Shown: positions 44,910 through 54,537 of the stretch, one piece after another
Numbering within the stretch: position 1 is the first letter of the stretch
How the letters are laid out: every line of letters starts with the position of its first letter
Origin: Steroidobacteraceae bacterium
GTDB lineage: Bacteria > Pseudomonadota > Gammaproteobacteria > Steroidobacterales > Steroidobacteraceae
Reading direction: 5' to 3'
Assembly: GCA_047602045.1 (NCBI GenBank)
Contig: JASGIC010000001.1
Span: forward strand, 2,456,300-2,520,299
DNA: 64,000 nucleotides
Made by a program: the position numbers and the translations under genes
Notes under the pieces: generated by a model
The model's input: the letters and a program-made list of their open reading frames with translations, nothing else
The model's database searches: none
What the model was told of the DNA's origin: nothing

Positions 44910-47471
44910 ATGAGCAGCGCGCAGCATCCGCTGGCGCAGGCGCTGCATGCAGCGTTCGAAACGCATCGCGATGCCGTGCTCACCGCGCCGCCCGGCGCCG
45001 GCAAGAGCACCATCGTGCCGCTGGCGCTGCTCGAAGAGCCGTGGCTGGCAGGGCGCAGGATCCTGATGCTGGAGCCGCGCCGTCTGGCGGCGCGCGCCGT
45101 GGCACAGCGCATGGCGTCCACGCTGGGTGAGCCGGTGGGTGAGCGCGTCGGTTATCGCATGCGCCAGGACACACGCGTTTCCAGGCGCACGCGCATCGAA
45201 GTGATCACCGAGGGCGTGCTGACGCGCCTGTTGCAGTCCGACCCGGCGCTGGAAGGCGTGGGCTGCGTCATCTTCGACGAATACCACGAACGCTCGTTGC
45301 AGGCCGATCTGGGGCTGGCGCTGTGTCTGGATGCCCGCGCGCAGCTCGATGCGCCATTCCGCATCCTGGTGATGTCCGCCACCATTGATGGTGCGCAGGT
45401 GGCGCGGCTGCTCGATGACGCGCCGGTGGTCAGCGTGCCGGGTCGCAGCTATCCGGTGGACATGATCTACGCGGGCAAGGGTTCACCGCCCTTGCCGCTG
45501 GCCTTCGGCGCGGCGCGTGGTGCCGAATCGCCGGAGCGATCGCTGGCTGCGCTGGTACGCCGTGCGCTGGGCGAAACCGAAGGCGACCTGCTGGTGTTCC
45601 TGCCGGGCGCGGGCGAGATCCGCCGCGTGCAGAATCTGCTGCAGGAGGGGCTGGATGCGAACACGCGCATCCTGCCGCTGTATGGCGAGCTGGGCGGTGA
45701 TGCGCAGGATGCCGTGCTGCAGCCACTGCCCGGTGTGCGCAAGCTGATTCTCGCCACCAATATCGCCGAGACCAGTCTGACCATCGCCGGCGTCACCGTG
45801 GTGGTGGACTCAGGTCTGGTGCGTCGCGCGCGTTTCGATCCGGCCAGCGGCATGAGTCGGCTCGAGGTGATGCGTGTGGCGCGTGCTTCGGCCGATCAGC
45901 GTGCGGGTCGTGCCGGCCGTACTGCGCCGGGGCGCTGTTACCGGCTGTGGAGTGAGGGTTCGCACGCCACGCTGGCGGCGCAGACGCCGGCCGAGATCCT
46001 TGAAACGGATCTGGCGCCGCTGGCGTTGGAGCTGGCGAACTGGGGCGCGGCCGATGGCAGCACCTTGCGCTGGCTGGATGCGCCGCCCGACGCCATGCTG
46101 GCCCAGGCGCGCGATCTGCTGCAGCGGCTGGGTGCGCTGGATGCGCAGGGACGCATGACCTCGACCGGTCGCGCCATGGTGCGCCTGCCGCTGCACCCGC
46201 GTCTGGCGCACATGCTGGTGCATGCGCGCGAACAAGGTGGTTTGCGGTTGGCGGCGGAGCTGGCGGCGCTGCTCAGCGAGCGCGATCTGCTGCGCGGTGG
46301 TGGCTTCGAGCGCGATGCCGATGTGCGCACGCGGCTGGAAGTGCTGCGGCGTGAATCCGGGCTCGATGTGGATCGCAATGCGCTGGCGCGCGTGCGGCGC
46401 AATGCCGAACAGTTGCAGCGTCAGGCGGGTGAGAGCGGTGATCGCGGCGCGAACACCCGGGTTGCGGCGAGGGCGCCCGCCGCCGGGGTCGATGAACCCA
46501 GCGTCGGCGCGTTGCTGGCGCAGGCCTTTCCGGATCGCATCGGTCAGCGCCGTGGCGAGAGCGGTGGGCGTTACCTGCTTGCCAATGGTCGCGGCGCTGC
46601 GTTCGCCAGCCAGCAAAGCCTGGCGCGCTCCGAATTCATCGTGGCCATCGAGCTGGACGACAAGGATCGCGAGGCGCGCATCGATCTGGCCGCGCCGCTG
46701 GATCGCGCTGACATCGAAGCGGGCTTTGCCGATGAAGTGGCCGCGCAGGCCTCGGTACATTGGGATGCACAGACCGAAGCCGTCAGCGCGCGGCGCGTGC
46801 GTCGACTGGGTGCGCTGGTGCTGGAGGACAAGCCGCTGCAGAACGTTGCGTCCGAGGCCATGGGTGCGGCGTTGCTCGAGGGCGTGCGCGCACTGGGCAT
46901 CCATGCGCTGCCCTGGGAACGTGACAGCCGCAATCTGCGCGCCCGTCTGCAGTTCGTGCGCGCGTTGAAGCGCAAGGATCTGGCCGACTGGCCGGCCAGC
47001 GATGACGCCAGCTTGCTGGCCTCGCTGGAAGACTGGCTGCCGCCGTGGATCGAGGGCATGAGTCGTCGCGAGCATCTGGCGCGTCTGCCCCTGAACGATG
47101 CATTGCTGGCGCGTCTGAGCCATGCGCAGCGCCGCCAGCTCGAAGAGCTGGCACCGCGCGAGATCGTGGTGCCCACCGGCTCCCATGTGCGCGTCGACTA
47201 CGAAGATGACAACGCTCCCTGCATCGAGGTGCGATTGCAGGAAGTGTTCGGTCTGGCCAGTACGCCGCGCATCGGTGGCGGCGAGGTGCCGATCACCTTC
47301 AAGCTGCTGTCACCGGCGCGTCGGCCGGTGCAGATCACCCGCGATCTGGCCGGCTTCTGGCACGGCAGCTACTTCGACGTGCGCAAGGACATGCGGGGGC
47401 GGTATCCGCGGCATTACTGGCCCGAAAACCCGCTCGAAGCCGAGCCGACGCGCGGCATCAAGCGGCGCTGA
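44910..47471 (+). CDS. hrpB: ATP-dependent DEAH-box helicase HrpB
   Basis: 853 aa. PPGAGKST, DEYHERS, TNIAETSLTI and QRAGRAGR motifs. HrpB-type C-terminal domain. Confidence 0.92.
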   Translation: MSSAQHPLAQALHAAFETHRDAVLTAPPGAGKSTIVPLALLEEPWLAGRRILMLEPRRLAARAVAQRMASTLGEPVGERVGYRMRQDTRVSRRTRIEVITEGVLTRLLQSDPALEGVGCVIFDEYHERSLQADLGLALCLDARAQLDAPFRILVMSATIDGAQVARLLDDAPVVSVPGRSYPVDMIYAGKGSPPLPLAFGAARGAESPERSLAALVRRALGETEGDLLVFLPGAGEIRRVQNLLQEGLDANTRILPLYGELGGDAQDAVLQPLPGVRKLILATNIAETSLTIAGVTVVVDSGLVRRARFDPASGMSRLEVMRVARASADQRAGRAGRTAPGRCYRLWSEGSHATLAAQTPAEILETDLAPLALELANWGAADGSTLRWLDAPPDAMLAQARDLLQRLGALDAQGRMTSTGRAMVRLPLHPRLAHMLVHAREQGGLRLAAELAALLSERDLLRGGGFERDADVRTRLEVLRRESGLDVDRNALARVRRNAEQLQRQAGESGDRGANTRVAARAPAAGVDEPSVGALLAQAFPDRIGQRRGESGGRYLLANGRGAAFASQQSLARSEFIVAIELDDKDREARIDLAAPLDRADIEAGFADEVAAQASVHWDAQTEAVSARRVRRLGALVLEDKPLQNVASEAMGAALLEGVRALGIHALPWERDSRNLRARLQFVRALKRKDLADWPASDDASLLASLEDWLPPWIEGMSRREHLARLPLNDALLARLSHAQRRQLEELAPREIVVPTGSHVRVDYEDDNAPCIEVRLQEVFGLASTPRIGGGEVPITFKLLSPARRPVQITRDLAGFWHGSYFDVRKDMRGRYPRHYWPENPLEAEPTRGIKRR

Positions 47472-47548
47472 TGCGCGGCATGAGGCCATAACCGGTTCGC
47501 AATACGCACCAACTGGCGCCTGCGCCTGCCCTTGGTTATCGTGTCGCC

Positions 47549-49156
47549 ATGAAATCCCCCATTTTCCTGCTTGGGCTGCTGCTCGGCCTGGCTGCCTGCA
47601 GCCAGAGCTCCATGCCCACGACCACCGCAAGCAACGATCCGGCACCGCCTCCGGCTGGCGCGCCGCGTCACCCGGATGCGCCGGGCATCGACTGGTTCGA
47701 CGGCAGTGTCGAGGACGCTTTCGCCGCAGCCCGTGCACAGCACAAACCGGTGCTGCTGTACTGGGGTGCCGCCTGGTGTCCGTGGTGCCAGGTGTTGAAG
47801 GCCACGGTGTTCACGCGCACCGATTTTCGCGAGACCACCAAGCTGTTCGTGCCCGTCTATCTGGATGGCGATCAGGCCGGCGCGCAGAAGTGGGGCGAGA
47901 AGTTCGGTGTGCAGGGCTACCCGACGCTGCTGATCCTCGACTCCGATCAGCAGGAGATCCAGCGCATCGCCGGCAACATGGATGTGAACCAGTACGCCGG
48001 TCTGCTGGATCTGGCGCTGTCGGATCTGCAGCCGGTGGATGCCTTGCTGAAGACGGCCGCGCAGGGCACGGCATTGAATCCGGCACAGTGCCGCCGCCTG
48101 GCTTTCAATGGCTGGCGGCTGCAGGATGTTGCCCAAGACCAGCAGGCCACGCTGGCGCAGCGGCTGATGCAGGCCATGACCCAGTGTCCCGCGGCCTCCG
48201 AAGTGGAGCGGGCGCGACTGGCGGTTTATGCCGCGGGCTATGGCTCGGATGCGGAGTCTGCGGCCATTGCCAAGGGTGCGAAGCCCAGCGCCACGCTCAA
48301 TGCCGCGCTGAACGCCACGCTGCAGGTGCTGGAGAAGCCGGATCAGGCCATGCAGATGATCGATGCGCTGCAGGTCGTGGACGACGACACTTTCGCGGTG
48401 GTGAAGAAGCAGAGCCCCAAGTTCTCAGAGCTGTTCGGGCGCCTGTACATTGCCGCGATGAGCGGCGCCGTCAGTGATGTGCGTTATTCCAGCGCCGATC
48501 AGCTGGCCGCGCTGGCCAGCGGTCTGGCCGCCACGAAAGCCTTCTCCGCCGACGGCAAGCTCAGCGAAGCCGCGCGCGAAGCCGCTCAGCAGCGCGTGAT
48601 CGACACGCTGGGCAGCGAGTCGCGCAGCTATGTGCGCTCCGGCATCATCGATGCGGGTCTTGCCGTGTTCGACGAAATCGACGAGCCGCAGACCGCCTAT
48701 GACATCGTCAAGGCAGAGCTCGCCAATACCGCCACGCCGTACTACTACAAGGCGGATCTGGGCCAGATCTGCGAGCAGCTGGGCCACAAGGACGAGGCGC
48801 TGAAGTGGTATGCCGAGGGCTACAACGAAGCGCGCGGTGCGGCCACGCGTTTCCAGTGGGGACAGATCTATGTCGGTGGCCTGACCCGCCTGACGCCGCA
48901 GGATTCGAAGACCATCCTGAATGTCACCAGCAGCGTGCTGGGTGAGCTGGAAGGGCAGGATCGCCTCTATCGCCGTGCCCGCACGCGTCTGGCGCGACTG
49001 GAAAAGGTGCTGCGCACCTGGCAGCAGAACGGCGCCGGCGCCAATCAGACTGAAACGCTGAAGGCCCTGCATACCCGCATGCAGCAGATCTGCACCAAGA
49101 TTCCAGCCACCGAACCAGCGCGCCAGACCTGCGACGGATTCCTGGCCCAGGTGTGA
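47549..49156 (+). CDS. thioredoxin-fold lipoprotein with a helical C-terminal domain
   Basis: 535 aa. Lipobox LAAC. WCPWC redox motif in a thioredoxin-like block (VLLYWGAAWCPWCQ...GYPTLLIL). Confidence 0.74.
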   Translation: MKSPIFLLGLLLGLAACSQSSMPTTTASNDPAPPPAGAPRHPDAPGIDWFDGSVEDAFAAARAQHKPVLLYWGAAWCPWCQVLKATVFTRTDFRETTKLFVPVYLDGDQAGAQKWGEKFGVQGYPTLLILDSDQQEIQRIAGNMDVNQYAGLLDLALSDLQPVDALLKTAAQGTALNPAQCRRLAFNGWRLQDVAQDQQATLAQRLMQAMTQCPAASEVERARLAVYAAGYGSDAESAAIAKGAKPSATLNAALNATLQVLEKPDQAMQMIDALQVVDDDTFAVVKKQSPKFSELFGRLYIAAMSGAVSDVRYSSADQLAALASGLAATKAFSADGKLSEAAREAAQQRVIDTLGSESRSYVRSGIIDAGLAVFDEIDEPQTAYDIVKAELANTATPYYYKADLGQICEQLGHKDEALKWYAEGYNEARGAATRFQWGQIYVGGLTRLTPQDSKTILNVTSSVLGELEGQDRLYRRARTRLARLEKVLRTWQQNGAGANQTETLKALHTRMQQICTKIPATEPARQTCDGFLAQV

Positions 49157-50442
49157 ATACCGCAGCCGACACGCGACCGGCCAGCGGCGTGACCGGGCGC
49201 AATGCCTTTGTCGTCGTCGCGCTGGTGTTCGTTTCGCTGCTGGTCGCGGCCGGTGTGCGTTCCGCACCCGGCGTGCTGATCCTGCCGCTGGAACAGAACT
49301 TCGGCTGGCCGCGCGGCGTGATCTCCGCCGCCGCCGCGCTCGGCATCTTCCTGTATGGCCTGGTCGGCCCCTTCGCCGCCGCGCTGATGCAGGGCTTCGG
49401 CGTGCGCCGCACGCTGATGGGCGGTCTGCTGTTCATGAGCGTGGCCGCGCTGCTCAGCAGCTTCATGACGCAGAGCTGGCAGCTCATCGCCACCTGGGGT
49501 GTGCTGTCGGGGCTGGGCACCGGCTGTGTCAGCATCGTGCTTGGCGGCACCATCGTGAACCGCTGGTTCGTGAAGCGCCGCGGTCTGATGATGGGCCTGC
49601 TCACTGCCAGCATGGCCACCGGCACCCTGATCTTCCTGCCGGCCTTCGCGGCGCTGGCAACCAGCAGCGGTTGGCGCAGCGTCGTGTATGCCATCGCCGC
49701 TGTCACCGCGCTGATGATCCCGCTGGTGTGGCGCTGGCTGCCCGAATGGCCCTCCGACGTCGGCGCCGTGGCCTATGGCGCCAGCGATGATTCGTACGAA
49801 CGCAGTGCGCGTGAACATCGTGGTCATCCGCTGCAGCTGGCCTTCGGCGCCCTCGGGCGCGCGGTCGGTCATCGCGACTTCTGGCTGCTGTTCGGCACCT
49901 TCTTCGTGTGTGGCTTCACCACGAACGGCCTGGTGGGTACGCACCTGATCGCCTTCTGCGGCGATCACGGCATCACCGAAGTGCGCGCCGCCAGCCTGCT
50001 GGCCGTGATGGGCGTGTTCGATCTGGTCGGCACCACGCTGTCCGGCTGGCTCACCGATCGTTTCGACTCGCGCAAGCTGCTGTTCGTGTACTACGGCCTG
50101 CGCGGCCTCGCGCTGGTATTCCTGCCGTACTCGGATTTTTCGGTGTATGCCCTGGGTGCGTTCACCGTGTTCTTCGGCCTCGACTGGGTGGCCACCGTGC
50201 CGCCAACCCTGCGCCTCGCCACCCGCGCCTTCGGCGAGCGCGACGCCCCCATCGTGTTCGGCTGGGTGGTCGCCGGCCACCAGATGGGCGCCGCCAGCGC
50301 TGCGCTGTTGGCCGGCCTGCTGCGCAGCGCCCTGGGCAGCTACACTCTGGCCTTCGCCATCGCCGGCTTCACTGGTCTGGCTGCGGCCGTCATGGCACTG
50401 TTGATCGCCGTACGTCCCGCGCATCGACCGGTTGGCGCGTGA
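49153..50442 (+). CDS. MFS transporter
   Basis: 429 aa, about 12 TM segments. The GTG start overlaps the upstream stop. Confidence 0.83.
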   Translation: MNTAADTRPASGVTGRNAFVVVALVFVSLLVAAGVRSAPGVLILPLEQNFGWPRGVISAAAALGIFLYGLVGPFAAALMQGFGVRRTLMGGLLFMSVAALLSSFMTQSWQLIATWGVLSGLGTGCVSIVLGGTIVNRWFVKRRGLMMGLLTASMATGTLIFLPAFAALATSSGWRSVVYAIAAVTALMIPLVWRWLPEWPSDVGAVAYGASDDSYERSAREHRGHPLQLAFGALGRAVGHRDFWLLFGTFFVCGFTTNGLVGTHLIAFCGDHGITEVRAASLLAVMGVFDLVGTTLSGWLTDRFDSRKLLFVYYGLRGLALVFLPYSDFSVYALGAFTVFFGLDWVATVPPTLRLATRAFGERDAPIVFGWVVAGHQMGAASAALLAGLLRSALGSYTLAFAIAGFTGLAAAVMALLIAVRPAHRPVGA

Positions 50443-50463
50443 TGCGCGTTCAAGGGGGAACTC

Positions 50464-51159
50464 ATGCACATCTCATCCGTTGTTTCGCGGGATCGTCCTT
50501 GGCTGTCCCTTGTGCTGATGGCAGCCTGCCTGCTCGCGCCCGTTGCGCGGGCCGATGAAACCGTCGACGCGCTGAAGGCCGCGCTGAACCAGGCCTCCGA
50601 CAAGGCCATCGCCTCGCTGGGCAAGCCGGACGGCTTCTTCAAGAACCCCGATGTGCACATCCCGTTGCCGGGCCAGCTCGAGAAGGGGCGCGACATGCTC
50701 AATCTGCTGGGCCTGAAGAAGCAGACCAAGGCGCTGGATCTGGCCATCAACCGCGCCGCCGAAGCCGCCATGCCGGCCGCCAGGTCGCTGTTCGTGCAAT
50801 CGGTGAAGCAGATGAGCGTCCGCGACGCGCTGGGCATCGTGAAGGGACCCCAGGATGCGGCTACGCGGTACTTCCGCACCACCATGAATGCGCCCCTGAC
50901 CGAAGCCTTCCGCCCCATCGTCAGCAAGTCCATTGCGGACCTGCGCGTCGCGAAGGCCTACGACCGGGTGGCAGGCCAGGCTGCGACCATTGGACTGGTG
51001 CAGCCCGAGGACGCCAATCTCGACAGCTATGTCACCCGCAAGGCGCTCGATGGCCTGTTCCTGATGATGGCGCGCGAGGAAGCCGCCATCCGCAAGGACC
51101 CGCTCGGCCAGGCCAATGCGCTGTTGCGCGACGTATTCGGGAAGCTGGCCAACCAGTAA
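50464..51159 (+). CDS. DUF4197 domain protein (secreted)
   Basis: 231 aa with a signal peptide. ...FFKNPDVHIPLPG...RYF...Y... is a pattern I associate with DUF4197. Confidence 0.75.
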   Translation: MHISSVVSRDRPWLSLVLMAACLLAPVARADETVDALKAALNQASDKAIASLGKPDGFFKNPDVHIPLPGQLEKGRDMLNLLGLKKQTKALDLAINRAAEAAMPAARSLFVQSVKQMSVRDALGIVKGPQDAATRYFRTTMNAPLTEAFRPIVSKSIADLRVAKAYDRVAGQAATIGLVQPEDANLDSYVTRKALDGLFLMMAREEAAIRKDPLGQANALLRDVFGKLANQ

Positions 51160-51239
51160 GTGGCGCAGGGTATGGCCATGTGCTTTGTTCCGCCGGGCCG
51201 ACCGCAGCGGCTTCGGCTAGAATTGGCGCCCCTTTCGGC

Positions 51240-51312
51240 GGGCCTGTAGCACAGCGGTTAGTGCAGGGGACTCATAATCCCTTGGTCCTTGGTTCGAATC
51301 CAAGCAGGCCCA
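51240..51312 (+). tRNA. tRNA with anticodon CAT; acceptor stem C4-G69/C5-G68 and variable loop resemble tRNA-Ile2 (lysidine) rather than elongator tRNA-Met
   Basis: I folded a 73-nt cloverleaf by hand. Acceptor GGGCCTG/CAGGCCC, D-stem GCAC/GTGC, anticodon stem GGGGA/TCCCT, loop CTCATAA, T-arm CTTGG-TTCGAAT-CCAAG, discriminator A. No encoded CCA. Confidence 0.9.
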
Positions 51313-51771
51313 GTAAAAACAGTAAATTGCGTGACTTTGGCTCGAGTCGCGATCCCGGTAATACGCTAGTGATACCGCAGGAGCTCGGCCCACTGCTTCG
51401 CAACCAGTCCGTCCGGACCACCCCTCAGGCCTTGCTACACCAGCGGGCACGCGAGCTGCCTCCAGCAACTCGTTCGATGCAAGAGCTAGTCATCGCTCGC
51501 GCTCGCTAAAGCGTGGTCCGATGTGCTTTCGGAGGGGCCAAAGCCGCTGAGCTTGGCAGACTGATTGCGAGGGGAGGTCAGCGGCGATGGCAATCGACGC
51601 CCAAGTACAGACACTCGTCGAGCGACCCAGCCATCCACTGTGGTGTGCACATTGTGCCTCGTCGTAACAAACGTGGCCGCGCTACAGGAGGCGATGCGAC
51701 AGGCGGATCAGAACAGGCTAACAGGCTGACCGCCGTGGTGGTGGCCGACCCGTGACGGGATCCGACCTTAC

Positions 51772-52242
51772 GTGCGGCAGAATACTATCGAGTGCCATAT
51801 AGGCGATCGCGATAACGACGCCGCGCACGCTGATTTCTGGCGTGTCTCGGATCACGGCGAGCTATTTCTGGTTCGTGGCTACGTCGAAGATACGATGGCG
51901 AACGAACGTCAGCGAGCCGATCAACCGGGGACGGTGTTTGATCTGACGCTGCCCGTGTGGCGTGTTGGTGAGTGCCTGTTGTTCATTGAGCGGCTGGCTA
52001 ATGCGTTGGGTGCCGGTGATTCAACGGTCAGTGTGCGGGTCGAGTGGACGGGGCTGCATGGCCGCGAACTGACCGAACGGCAGGTATCGCGGGCCACGGT
52101 GGAGGTCTCCGCCATTGCGTCTTCCCTCGTCGAAATAGTGAGCGGACTGACGTCACCGATCTTTTCGCTGTTCGATTTCTTTCAGCCGCCTTTGCGATTG
52201 GTATCGGAAGAGCTGGGCCGAATGCAGCGCCGAGAGTTTTAG
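51772..52242 (+). CDS. hypothetical protein (possibly a 3' gene fragment)
   Basis: 156-aa ORF with a GTG start and no obvious RBS. An in-frame stop lies only 45 nt upstream. No recognisable motif. Confidence 0.35.
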   Translation: MRQNTIECHIGDRDNDAAHADFWRVSDHGELFLVRGYVEDTMANERQRADQPGTVFDLTLPVWRVGECLLFIERLANALGAGDSTVSVRVEWTGLHGRELTERQVSRATVEVSAIASSLVEIVSGLTSPIFSLFDFFQPPLRLVSEELGRMQRREF

Positions 52243-52307
52243 ATGGCGAGCACCGCAGGCCTCCGAACCGCAGTGCTCAAGCGCTGGAAGTGGGTTTCCG
52301 CACAAAA

Positions 52308-52389
52308 CCTAGATTCAGGTTGACATAAAAGCCTAGATTAGGTGATGCTTAATAACCTAAAAATGGTAAAGCATAATAACCTAATCAGG
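52308..52389. promoter_or_regulatory. cluster of CCTA(G)A(T)T..AGG repeats in the AT-rich fic upstream region (putative operator)
   Basis: CCTAGATTCAGG (52308-52319), CCTAGATTAGG (52332-52342), CCTAAAAATGG (52356-52366) and CCTAATCAGG (52380-52389). The last overlaps the AGGAG RBS. Confidence 0.45.
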
Positions 52390-52397
52390 AGTTAGCC

Positions 52398-54008
52398 GTG
52401 GCCGCGCCCGCCGAGAAGCTCGCCGAATCTCTCGCCGTCTTGAAGGAGCTTCAAGACGCCGGGCGGGTTGCGCTGCGCGCCGCGGACATGACTCGCACCC
52501 ACCGCGAGCGTCTCCTCAAAAACGGCTTCATTCGGGAAGTGATGAAGGGCTGGTATGTGCCCTCGCGTCCCGATGAACCCGCAGGCGAGAGTACCTCTTG
52601 GTACGCCTCGTTCTGGTCTTTCTGCGCGGCGTATCTCGACTTCCGTTTTGGTGAGGACTGGAGTGTCAGCCCAGAGCAATCCATCAGCCTTCACACAGGC
52701 AACTGGACAGTGCCAAGGCAGCTCCTGGTCCGCGCGCCAAAGGGCGGCAACAAGCCGACTGGATTGCTTCACGACACGTCTATCTTCGACGTGCGGCTGG
52801 ACATGCCACCCGAAGCGGACAGGGCCATCCTGAACGGCGTACGCCTCTACAACCTACCCGCTGCTTTGCTCGGATGCGCGCAAGGTCAGTTCGAGTCACG
52901 GCCCACGGAACTGCGTGCTGCGCTGGCGATGGTGAGAGACCCTTCTGGCGTACTGCGGCGCTTGCTGGATGGTGGACACAGCAAGGTCGCAGGCAGGATG
53001 GCCGGGGCGTTTCGCAACATTGGCCGCGCGAAATTTTCCGATGAAATCGTGGGCGCAATGCAGGCTGCAGGGTACAACGTCAACGAAAACGACCCCTTCG
53101 CCGAAGCTTCGAGAATCGAATTTGGTGCGCGGGAAACGTCGCCGTACGTCAACAGGATGCGAATGGATTGGGTACGGATGCGCGAGGACGTGCTGCGCAT
53201 CTTTCCGAAAGCTCCCGGCGTCCCGGCCGATCCCGCGCTGTACCTCAAGAACGTCGAAGAGCTGTACGTCAATGATGCCTACAACTCGCTTTCCATCGAG
53301 GGCTACAGGGTCAACGCCGAACTGATCGAAAAGGTCCGTTCGGGTAAGTGGAATCCCGATGCAGACAAGAATGATCGTGATCAGCGAGATGCGCTGGCTG
53401 CGCGAGGCTACTGGCAGGCCTTCCAGGCCGTAGAGGCGAGCATCAAGAAAGTCCTAGGTGGCGCCAATGCGGGTCAGATCGCCGACCGTGATCACGCTTC
53501 GTGGTATCGGGAGTTGTTTGGCCCAAGCGTGACAGCAGGTCTTGTGCAGGCAAACGATCTGGCGGGTTATCGCGATGGGCAGGTGTACATCCGACGCTCC
53601 ATGCACACTCCTCCAAGCGTGGAAGCGGTCCGCGATCTCATGCCTGCTTTCTTCGAGTTGCTGCAACGGGAACAACAACCAGCCGTGCGTGTGGTACTTG
53701 GCCATTTCTTCTTCGTCTACATTCACCCGTATATGGACGGGAACGGGCGGATGGGGCGATTCCTGATGAACCTCATGACGGCTTCCGGCGGATACCCCTG
53801 GAGCATCGTTCCGCTGGAGCGCCGCACGGGCTATATGTCCGCTCTTGAGAGCGCGAGCGTAGAAGGGGACATCAATCCATTTGCCAAGTTTCTTGCGGAG
53901 CTGACAGACGGCGGCGAGAAAGCCAAACGAACTCAGGAGTTGAACACTTGCACTGGATCGCTCAGATCGAAAAGAACTCCGCCTCGGCGTCGCTCGAGAA
54001 GCGCTTGA
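52398..54008 (+). CDS. Fic/DOC family protein (AMPylase-type) with an N-terminal wHTH-like (AbiEi-antitoxin-like) region
   Basis: 536 aa. Fic motif HPYMDGNGRMGR (HxFx[DE]GNGRxxR). Inhibitory-helix motif SLSIEG ([ST]xxxE[GN]) lies upstream of it. AGGAG sits 6 nt before the GTG start. The last roughly 15 codons run into the IS remnant, so the C-terminus may be altered. Confidence 0.83.
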   Translation: MAAPAEKLAESLAVLKELQDAGRVALRAADMTRTHRERLLKNGFIREVMKGWYVPSRPDEPAGESTSWYASFWSFCAAYLDFRFGEDWSVSPEQSISLHTGNWTVPRQLLVRAPKGGNKPTGLLHDTSIFDVRLDMPPEADRAILNGVRLYNLPAALLGCAQGQFESRPTELRAALAMVRDPSGVLRRLLDGGHSKVAGRMAGAFRNIGRAKFSDEIVGAMQAAGYNVNENDPFAEASRIEFGARETSPYVNRMRMDWVRMREDVLRIFPKAPGVPADPALYLKNVEELYVNDAYNSLSIEGYRVNAELIEKVRSGKWNPDADKNDRDQRDALAARGYWQAFQAVEASIKKVLGGANAGQIADRDHASWYRELFGPSVTAGLVQANDLAGYRDGQVYIRRSMHTPPSVEAVRDLMPAFFELLQREQQPAVRVVLGHFFFVYIHPYMDGNGRMGRFLMNLMTASGGYPWSIVPLERRTGYMSALESASVEGDINPFAKFLAELTDGGEKAKRTQELNTCTGSLRSKRTPPRRRSRSA

Positions 54009-54537
54009 CGGAGGCGAAGGGCACGCCGTTGCCGGTACGGATGGCGTTGGGCAGACCAAACTCCTTGAACACCCGCTCAAAGACGCTGAAGGCATAGATT
54101 TCCCGGGTTCCTTCGAGTGCCTCGCAGCACATCAGGCAGCGGCTGGCGAAGTCCGTGATGCTCAGCGGATAGCAGTAGCGGTGATCGGCGAGCATGAACT
54201 CGCCCTTGTAATCGACGCACCACAGTTCATTGGGTTGGGTGGGGTGGGACAGCGTGGTGCCCTCGGCCTTGTAGCAGGAGCGATGGGGACCCCGCGTCAC
54301 CAGGCCATGGCGATCCAGGACCGCATGCACGGTACTGATGGCAGGCAACTGGATACCCAGCTGCTGGCGACGGAGCTTCTCGCGGATCTTCGGGGCGCCC
54401 CAGGTGGGATGCTCCCGACGGAGGCGCACGATCAGTGCCTTGATCTGGAAGGGCAAGCGGTTGGCCTGCCGATAGGGGCGGCGGGATCGATCGGTGAGCA
54501 GCCGTTCATCCATCTTGCGACACTCCTGCCAGGGCAT
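53962..54537 (-). pseudogene. IS481-like (rve/DDE integrase-core) transposase remnant
   Basis: MPWQECRKMDERL jumps directly to DRSRRPY...HPTWGAPKIREKL...ELWCVDYKGEF...IRTGNGVPFAS. The HTH region is deleted internally and the catalytic core is cut off after the second Asp region. Confidence 0.65.

Noticed and set aside
51313-51771. Possible integrase remnant directly after the tRNA.
   Set aside because: Translations in all frames that I checked give no tyrosine-recombinase-like motifs. The listed ORFs here (51180-51509 on the plus strand, 51217-51468 on the minus strand, 51513-51755 on the plus strand) overlap the tRNA or look random.
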